Source: Octopus sinensis (taxonomy: Eukaryota). Taken from it: DNA of 64,000 nt. Where the stretch lies: the NCBI RefSeq assembly GCF_006345805.1, contig NC_043005.1, positions 59,520,001 to 59,584,000 of the forward strand. Direction: 5' to 3'. The notes below the pieces were generated by a model. The model saw nothing but the letters and a program-made list of their open reading frames with translations, searched no databases and had not been told where the DNA came from. The position numbers and the translations under genes are program-made. Positions 54,201 to 64,000 of the stretch are shown piece after piece (the stretch's first letter is position 1; every line of letters begins with the position of its first letter).

Positions 54201-55371
54201 TTTTAATAAAAAAAATAGCATTGTATCCAAAACTCTACTGTTGTTACGTTGAATATTTTCCAAATTAAAGTAAAATAAAGAAATGCATTACTGAAATATA
54301 TGACAAAATGATTGTTGAAATTATTTTAATACTTGGGGATGATTATATTTTTCCAATTAAATACAACAACAACAACAACAATAATAATCATAATAACCAT
54401 AAGCTGAAGTAAAGATCAAGCGTATAGTGTTTGTATTTAATTGGCAAAAGATGACCATTCCCAAGAATAACAATATATGTTTCAACACATGATTTCATAT
54501 CAAGAATCTTTCAGAACAAATACATAAACGTAACAGTTGCTGAAATTACTAGAGTAAAAGGAAAATACGCTTCAGTTTGGGAATCTGACAGACTGAAAAA
54601 TAGTTTTATATGTTGTTGTAATATCATTATAAGAGTACAATATTAGGTTGTTTGAGCGGGACTTGCTTGGCATTATATTGATACACGCGTTTCCAGTTTT
54701 AAAATGTATAAGATAGTACGGAGTATCAAGAGATAAATTTAAGCTAGTGCGGTAGATAGAATTTGACGTTATGCAATTCTGGGAAACGACTTTGAGAAAA
54801 GTCAAACATGCTCTTTATATCAGGATTACATAAAATAATTTCAATACTGTGTGTAATAGCGCTTTTTTAAAAACTTTTGTACTGTCATTACTTTTGGATA
54901 CTTCACAATGTATAGTCCTAATCATTTTATCAACTTTTAATTATTAACTCCTAATTTAACTTTGTATAATCAAAGGATGAATGTGCGTGATCAACGCGTT
55001 CCACCAAATTGTACAGCGTAGTTCTAATTATTTAATCAATTCCTAATAATAACTCACTCCATGTTGTAGACTCCTAATGATTCTATTCAATTTAGTGTAA
55101 CAAAAGAAACATCAGTGAAAATTTGGATGAGTTTGTAACATTCATTCTGAGTAACAAATATATACTACATCAATGTCCTTTAAGTTAGGAAGAAACTGAC
55201 ACGAATATCAACTAAAGTGATTCCAAAAGGATCTAGGAAACTCATCAGTTTAACATAAATAAATCTTGATGAAATATCATTACGGTGGTATCATTAATGA
55301 GACAAGGTCTGAATTTTTCCCTTATTTAAAAGTACAGCGGGAAATCATTCCATTGGTTTCAACATTAAATG

Positions 55372-55413
<42 letters not shown>

Positions 55414-56451
55414 CATTAGCGTTTTTGAGTTTACGTCAAAATGTATGAGATTTTTATGACATTTTCCTGACAAGTCTGCGTATGACTTGTTTTTTAAATT
55501 ACTTAGGGAAAAAAAACCATCTGAGAGGTCATTAGTTCATATTCTGCCATTTACACTATAATTTACGCAAGCCAAAGTAGAGGAGCTCTGTCTATGTATG
55601 TAAGAAACATGGTGGGCTAGGTTTCTATGGACAAATTTAGGCGACCTCTGTGAGAAGTAGTACGGTGTACATCTAATATTATTTTCTTTTTGGTTGACGT
55701 TCAGCTCTCGTGGGAAAAATAAATAATAAAGTTCATAAAAAATGCTTTTATTACTCTAAAAATTGAATTTCTTCTATTTCACTGATATTTTGCTAAATAT
55801 TTTCACGGGAAAATAGTTTTGTCATATCCATAAAAACATTTAATCTCATCGTTAAAATCATATTCTCATTGCCTAAACTTATTTCTTAACCTTTTATCCT
55901 GAAAGTTGAGCAATTGGAAGCCTGTAGATTGTACACATAAATAGACGGTATTTGAATTTCATTAACATTTCGGTTGACTTCAGTATGTTTCGTAATTAAA
56001 AAAGAACGTGAACATGCTGCAGCTATTAAACGTTTTATAGTTATTCTGCCACCTAACAATCAAGACAAGACGTGCTTGTAAAAATTTGTATTCATGTCTA
56101 TGGAAAAGGTCCATAACATTGGAGAGCGTCTTTTTTTGTGCTAAGTAATTTGATTTATTTTACGTGTCATTCTACTTAAGATACTTTTTTTATGTTTATA
56201 TTAATGTTTTCAAATTATCGTAATGAAATGTGAGTTAGTTCTATATCGTTGAGCTCTTTTCTTTGCTAAAAAATTGCTCGAAAATATATTCAAGACATAT
56301 CTACAAAGTATTCCATCTGACCACTCGCGCGCCCACACACACACACGCGCACAAACACGCACATATTCACAGGCACGTGCTTGCGTGCATACACACATGC
56401 ACACACAAACACAAACATACATATATCTTGTAGGAAACAGCTGATTTACTG

Positions 56452-56545
56452 AATCATTTCTTTAAGAGTCATTCTTTTAAGAGTTATTCCTCTATGAGTC
56501 ATTCCTTTAAGAGTCATTTCTTTATGAGTTATTCTTTTAAGAGTA
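56452..56545. repeat. 15-bp minisatellite, about 6 copies (TTYYTTTAAGAGTCA)
   Basis: Direct reading. Confidence 0.85.
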
Positions 56546-59528
56546 TATATCAAGTTTTGAGGAAGTTTGACTTCTAACATTTAATACTCGACAAATGCAC
56601 AGCATAAACCTTGCCTTCTCATCAAAATCACTTGGCCTTATTTTCTTTAATTTCCTCTAAATTAGCTTTACTTTTAATTAAAACACGAGGTTAAATTTTG
56701 ACGTGAAGTCAGAGGCTTAATTTAGTTACGAAATTAATGGTAAGTACTACTTGTTTCATAATCTTCTCTAATTCATAAAGACGATTGCATAAATCACAAT
56801 GCTAGGAATGATATTAATAAATTCTAAAAGAAATTACCTATTTAATTCCTATAATCTCATTAAGAAATTAATCGTATTAAGTTTATTCCATCCAATTCCA
56901 ATACCTGATATCCATTCTGTCAGTTAGTTGTAGAATTTTCTTTAAGTTTTGCACAGTAGCCAGAACTGTGTTTCGTTAATGGCTTTTCGAGAAGCTCCTG
57001 CGTCTATATTTTAATAGGTTATATAAAGTAACATAGTTTCATAGGAAGTTAAATGTGTTTATATAAAGTTATTTCATAGATGTACGTTGCAGCTGGCTGT
57101 AGTTATAGAATCATTTATCAAATAACAAGGATTAATGGTTTAGACTGTAGCAACAGAATCGCAACGTGCTTCTAAATACAATACATTTATATTTTTCATT
57201 ATCCCAGCTAAGATAAAAAGAAATTAGGGAACGGTGATGCTCTTACATACGGAAACGTCCACATATAAAGTCAGAATGCCATCTGATTTATTTCTAAAAA
57301 TTGATTCACTTACTCACTTTAGCCTTGGTCTCCCTGAGATGCTATCATTTTATCATTCTTGTTATAATCTTTCAAAGGCATCTGTATTTATGAAACCTCT
57401 TGACGCATATCGCTTCATCCCATATCTAACCTAAATGCATGACCCCAGTCTTCGTATCTATCCTTCATTTTATCAAGTCTGGAATACCGCCTTAAATATA
57501 AAAACAATTATCTGTATTTCACTGAACTGCAATACTCTAGAACTTTTTCGACGTCTACGGTTTTCATGCAGGCAACGACCTTTAAATGTTTAAACGGAAT
57601 ATCAACCTCATCGATCTAACTTACCTGGGAATATGAGGCAATAACACATCGTGTTACATCTTTCGTAGGATAAATCATCAATTTTAGATAAACCATTTCA
57701 GGTAACCACGAGAATTCTCAAACTGAAACAATGGAATCCGTAGAAATTTGTCATGGCGTGCATTGCAAGCCACAGACATTAAGCAATTGCACTTTCTTGA
57801 GTTTCTTTATTCTATTTTCCATAAAAGAAATTTATAATATGAAAATGCACATTAAATAAGTATATAATATAGAACCAATGGGAATGCTTAGAGGATTATC
57901 TCATTTATATTACTATACAAGTATATAACGTTGAAAAAATCGCTATGAATTTGTGCTCATCCCCATTCCATCTGCATATATTTATTCCTTCCGCATGTCT
58001 CATTCCAGAATTATTGAGCCAGTTGGTCTGATAAAAAATAACTCCCATTAAATATTAGTTGCAAACTTTTGTGCACCCTCATATATGTGTGTGTTTGTGT
58101 GTGTCTATGTGTGTGTTGTGTGTGTGCATATGTATATATATGTAGGTATGTCATATGAATATTGCTTATCATCAAATTTGTATGCCATTCATTCACTAAT
58201 ATATACAGTTATATATACCTTTATAAGCGCCCTTGATTCATGAGTGGGCTTGGCTTCCACTTCGACAAACTTTACGGGCCATAGCCATTAAACTTGAAAA
58301 TCGTACTCCGTCACACTCTGCTTTCAATTAAAGCATATTGAGGGCATTTACATCCATAACGCCATGTTGCGGTACACATCAATATTACCATAAAATGACC
58401 AAAGGCATTATATTTTTCGACTTCAGAGAGTCCGGACGAAAATTTCTTTACCTAAACTTGGGTGTCAAACATTTTAATGTTCGACTTTTGATATTTGTCC
58501 TTTTGGCCGCTAAAATATGTGCGTAAACCAAGTTTCATATCCCTATGCACATACGTTATAGAGAGCATTATAAAATAAACATTCTTTAAAAAAATAAAAG
58601 ATAATTATTTTGAAAATTTACCGAAGTTGGGACTCCGAGATAACAGTGACACTCACAAAATCAGTATGATGAATATTGAAACTTGTTCTAATGCTTAAGA
58701 ATTCGATTTACAAAGACAAGACGTATCACTCAGCTAGATAACTCAGTATTGTTTATCATGAGATAATAGCAAATATATTCCTGAATCAAAAGCATTTGTT
58801 AGATGCCAGCAATTGTTGAATGTAGATAACGGAGGTTTTTTTCTACCATTAATTTCTTCTTTCTTCATATACGTACAGATGATATCGTGCTTTTTGTCTA
58901 TCTATCTCTCTCTCTATTTATCTAACCATTTATCCATATCTATGCATAAATACATACACAGATATATACATATGTATATATATATATATATGTATATATA
59001 TATACATACACACACACATATATAGAGAGAGATAAATGGATATTCAAATATATATAATTCACCTATGAATGTATGTATATGCATATATGCATATATGCAT
59101 ATACACACATATGCATATATATGTATATACATACACACACACACACACATATATATATATGTGTGTGTGTGTGCGTGTGTGTGTGTGTGTTGGAACAATG
59201 AAACTCGAAGCATGTAAATTTTTGAATACTATCGTATGAATATGACATCAACACCTCACACGCCTCACACACACGCATATTTATATTTGCATATATGTAT
59301 GTATTTATGTATGTATGTAATATAAACACGAATTACTACAAGTCCTATTTAGATTTTATAAAAGGTATAATTGATTTCTTAATTTCAAAGTATTTCTGCA
59401 CATAGTTTTAAATTATTTTGCACATTTGTTTGGTTTTACTTACGGCAGTCTCAAACAAAGTAATATATATATATAAATATATCTATAAATATATATATAT
59501 ATATATGAGTGTGTGCATGAGTGTGCGC

Positions 59529-59573
<45 letters not shown>

Positions 59574-59806
59574 TATACATACACATGCACATACATATAT
59601 ACACATATACAACCATTTTCACTGAAAATTACTTTCATTTACTTCCTTGTTTTCCCCCCCTCCATTAAATATTCGCATATGAAAAACTTTAATTGATTCA
59701 TCTCATTCGCATATTTTTACAAAATTTCAATATGACTGAAAGAGCAAGACGAAGATAAAATCTGAGCGAGTTTGAGAAATTTAAAGAAGGGGAACAAGAG
59801 ACGGAA

Positions 59807-59809
<3 letters not shown>

Positions 59810-59899
<90 letters not shown>

Positions 59900-59900
59900 A
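59810..59900. repeat. (GA)n microsatellite
   Basis: Direct reading. Confidence 0.95.
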
Positions 59901-60889
59901 AGTAATTAAGGAGAAAGAAGCCTAATTATAAAAACCATTTATGAATAAAGTATTTGTCATGTTTACCTGTTTTGTTATCTAAGCAGGACATAAGCTTCTC
60001 AAATACGAATGCCGTTTGCTAAAATATTTTAACTTTCAACAATATATTAATCTCGCTTGCAATGCTGGTGTTGTTTTTTTTTTTTTTCGAATTAAAATTT
60101 TATTGTTATTTTGCTGATTTTTTTTTTCACATTACATTTAGTTGTTTCCCTTTGTTTCGCTCTAATTCCATCGTCGCAATCTATTGCTTTGCAATTTTAT
60201 TGAAACTATTATTACTTCAACTAAGTGTAATTCCAAATTTAAAAGTCTGTTTTATTGATTCTCGAAACCATTGTAACTGTGAGTGTCTGGTATGTTCATA
60301 AAAGATGTTTGTAATAAACGAACTTTTTGATATTAACCCTTGCTAGACCTAATACGTTAGACATTAGATAGGTCAATAATGGCTGAAAATTCATACAACG
60401 TATCTAGGGTAACCGAAACAGGAAAAAATCAATTAATAATGATCACAATATTGTTGTTTTTGTCGTTGTTATTACTGGAGCTTATTACTCTTAATGGGCA
60501 GATGTAACGCTGGTCTATAATGGAAGCATTTCAACCGTGATCAAATAACTCCTATCTTTGGACTGTCTACATCAAATTATATTACCTCCGTGTCATTTTA
60601 TATAACGGCTGTGTGTGATTAGAAGAATATTAGCTGGTATTTCCCACAGCTTCAACGGCTATGTTAGTGTTGAAGGCTGTTATTGAGGCATTGATTTGGT
60701 TTGGCTCTATTTCATACCAAGACTAACAATTAGTTATTTTAATAACTCATGGATTTTTGGAAAATTCATTTCAAGACATCGCAGTTTCCGGTTGATAATC
60801 ACAGATATTGTGTACCAAATTCAACAGTATTTTCATTTAAAATGTTATTTAAAAATGATATTGATGGCACGCTTATATATAACTAGTTT

Positions 60890-61020
60890 ACATATACATA
60901 CATACATACATACATACATACATACATACACACATACATACATACATACATACATACACACATACATACATACATACATACATACATACATACATACATA
61001 CATACATACATACATACACA
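60890..61020. repeat. (TACA)n microsatellite
   Basis: Direct reading. Confidence 0.95.
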
Positions 61021-61180
61021 CATATATATATATCAACACATATATACATAATATATGTATATATGCATAAGTACATACATATATGATATAAATATATGTA
61101 AATATAAACGTACATATATTTTTACATATAAACCATCAAATATCAGCAGATATAAGAGGTGAATATGCAAAGTCTGATGA

Positions 61181-62012
61181 ATACGTATCCGGACTGTAGC
61201 CATAGTAATGAAGCTAAGGCAAAGATTGACCGTGAACGCTGGTGTTCATGCTCACAAAGGTTTTACATTCTAGCACATTTACGCTGTTTGCAGCAAAGCT
61301 TGGAAGGAAGGTGTGTAACGTGTGATCGTCGCAATGACCATGGTAGAGAAAGTTGTCATGGTGATATCTCATCAGAGGCCTACGCAAATTTGCAGAAATT
61401 GTATACGCTGCACGCAACCGTATGAGTGGTTCAGACATTACCAAGATGGCCGAAAAATGTCGATATTGAACGTTCTGGAAAATCCGCAACCAACGGAATT
61501 GAAAAGAACATCGCGGGTATGTGCGCAGTTGTGAGGGAAGATCGTCGAATCACAATCCGTGAGTAATCAGGGGGGTATGCTGATTAGTTACGATTCAGTT
61601 CAGTCCATTATCAGTGAAGGTTTGTATATGAGACTTGTTTTTACCAAGTTTGTGCCAAAACTGCATTCAGCTGATCAAAAAGACACTCGGGTTTCAGTTG
61701 CACAGCATCTCCTTGACTGTGTCAAGAACCATGAAAACATTTTGAAAATTTTGCGTAGGCTGCTGAGCAGGTATTGCCAAGCTTTTAGCAAAATTTGATG
61801 CATATTCTCTGCTCAACTTTCTGTCATTGTCAGTGCGACGATGACACGCCACACACCTTCCTTCCAAGCACTGCTGGAAACAGCGGAAGTAAATTAGAGC
61901 CTTAAGACTTAGTGCACATGCACAGCAGAGTTCAAGAGGTCAACCTTTGCCAAGCGGTGTTACTCTGCGCGCTATAGCTTTGTTACTATGGTAACAGTCC
62001 TGATACTTACTG
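61181..62012 (+). mobile_element. Non-autonomous mariner derivative with ~230-bp imperfect inverted ends and an N-terminal transposase remnant
   Basis: YEWFRHYQDGR, EDRRITIRE, ISYDSVQSII...TKFVPKL; AAGCTTGGAAGGAAGGTGTG (61297-61316) pairs with CACACCTTCCTTCCAAGC (~61852-61869). Confidence 0.8.
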
Positions 62013-62092
62013 ATCAGACCACGTATTTGTTTAACTTGATATGTGATAATAAGTTCAGTGTATAATAAATTATCTTTACATGTATGACTGTG

Positions 62093-62161
<69 letters not shown>

Positions 62162-62978
62162 ATATATGTGTGTGTTGATTCTAAAACGAATTGAAATTCT
62201 TGAAATCGTGCATGGTGTGTAAAGAGTGTCTCCCCTCGGAGGGACAGTGACATAACGTAACGTGTTTTAAATATCTGGTATACCTAATAGCGTCCCAGAG
62301 CTGAATCTAGCTGATTTCTCGTAGAAAGTATACACGTAAAGAAAAGCATAGTTTTATAGTACTCCTATCCTACCTTTTATTTGCTTTGCCCACTTCTCAT
62401 AAAACTACTCGGGAAGACACGTAGGATTTTTCTCATGTAGACGTTATTTCGCATACACGTATAAGACACCCAGTTTTAATGTTTAGGCCAACAGAACGCA
62501 CTAATTGTTCCGAACATATTAACATATACACAGAATCTGATATTTGGGGAAAGCTAATAGCCTGTACTTGGTGAGTGATTTATGTTGTAGCCACTAAACT
62601 CATGTAAGGCAAAGTTAGGATTTGAAACTAGAACGTAAGCGATTAGAAAATGGACAAGTCTTCTGATGTGATAAGGATCCTAATTAATGGTTTCTAACAT
62701 AGATTAAATGATTGGAATTTGGGGCGCAGGCGATAGTCGAATAAAGCACTCTGGTATTTACTAGTACGCCATTTTACTGATTTGTGAGTGATGAGATGTA
62801 TAGGTAAACTTGGCGAGATTCGAACTTGTTACTAAATGTTGTTCTCTAGTTTGTCAAATGCCCTTATGCTTTAGACAGAATGCAAAGACCGTATAACACA
62901 AAATATCTGAAGTTTGTACAGGATCTGAGTAAGTTTCCCACTTCAACCTTGCCTAATAAATCAAAGAGATGTACCAAA

Positions 62979-63298
62979 GGCGCATGGCACAGTAGTTAGA
63001 GCGTCGGGATCAAAATCATGAGGTTATAAGTTCGAATCCCGGACCGGGCTGTGTGTTGTGTCACTTATTCCACGTTGCTCCAGTTCACTCAGCTGTAGAA
63101 ATGAGCTGTGACGTCATTGGTGCCAAGTTGTATTGGCCTTTGCTTTTGATAACATCAGTGGCGTGAAGAGGGGGTGGCTAGTATACATGGGCAACTGCTG
63201 GTCTTCCATAAAATAAACTTGCCCGGATTTGTGCCAGGGAGGGGAACTTTCTAGGTGCAATCCCATGGCCATTCATGATCAAAAGGGTGTCTTTACCC
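62979..63298 (+). mobile_element. tRNA-derived SINE (family 4)
   Basis: GGCGCATGGCACAGTAGTTAGAGCG...AAGTTCGAATCCCGGACCGGGC; CCACGTTGCTCCAGTTCACTCAGCTGTA body. Confidence 0.75.
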
Positions 63299-63911
63299 AT
63301 TTTCTTTATACCAGTGACATCAACTGACTCCTTAAATTGACTACGTACGTTCCACGCAATGGTAGAACTATATATTATTTATATTACTAAGTGTAATACA
63401 TTTAACAGCATAGCATAGTCATAAACTCTGGCTGTAAGTTTTTCCTAAAACAGAGACCAGTATTACGTATCTACGTATGTCTCTTACCACTTTACGATTG
63501 TTTATTCAGAGAAATTTATTAAGTGCTAAGAACGGATTATTGCGAATCGATGATGAAGCTTAGAATCTGAGTGGTCCGAGATTACACTGATGGTTGAATT
63601 CAGATGAACAAAATATATAGATATAAATCAAAGTGACACTCAAAGATGAGGGATGTATTTTCTATGTATTGAGGCGTTTTCTTTTTTCCAGAGTTTTCTT
63701 TTTTCTATTGTAAGACATAGTCTGTATGTCTGCATTGTTGCAATGATTTATTGGCATGAATCAATATTTTATGTTTTTTGTATTTTCATTATTATTAAAG
63801 TTTTATTGTTATTTATGATATCATGGCATTAATATATTGATATTTTTTACCCAATAAACAAACTAGCATAGAAATACATTCGGATGTATGACTTCTTTAT
63901 AGATACGTATA

Positions 63912-63960
<49 letters not shown>

Positions 63961-64000
63961 TACATACAAACACATATATATAAATACATACATATATATA

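Noticed and set aside
54430-54805. Protein-like frames on both strands (NKYINVTVAEIT..., NCITSNSIYRT...)
   Set aside because: No convincing donor or phase partner and no recognisable domain
57626-57720. Small exon candidates on both strands (CAG|GTAAGT on minus, CAG|GTAACC on plus)
   Set aside because: Short, mutually competing, and splice signals of this quality are expected by chance in 64 kb
58420-58445. GAGTCCGGACGAAA resembling classic hammerhead stem II
   Set aside because: No loop between GTCC and GGAC, no CUGANGA core, and no stem I or III

Overview
AT-rich, repeat-dominated eukaryotic genomic DNA. The SINE and LINE repertoire and the dense (TA)n, (AAT)n, (TATC)n, (GA)n and (CA)n microsatellites look like an octopus genome; this is inferred from recalled repeat families, not from a search. 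No complete host gene is recognisable, only a few splice-site-bounded candidate exons. Mobile-element content: a young 5'-truncated Tx1/L1-clade retrotransposon embedded in (TATC)n (33005-35930), four decayed R4/Dong-clade RLE elements mostly abutting (AAT)n, a HERO-like 5' fragment, Penelope-like RT and terminal fragments, CR1-like, RTE and L1 remnants, Tc1/mariner remnants, non-autonomous Helitrons and several tRNA-derived SINE families. There is also a near-identical 1.44-kb tandem duplication. The most notable signal, not explained by the ORF track, is a set of non-coding fold-back (long inverted repeat) elements sitting in TA microsatellites. Their arms carry type-I hammerhead ribozyme motifs in several architectures: minimal with a palindromic stem III, greatly extended stem II, and variant catalytic core. 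This is consistent with Penelope-like terminal repeats or non-autonomous derivatives. All coordinates were read by eye and may be off by a few bases.
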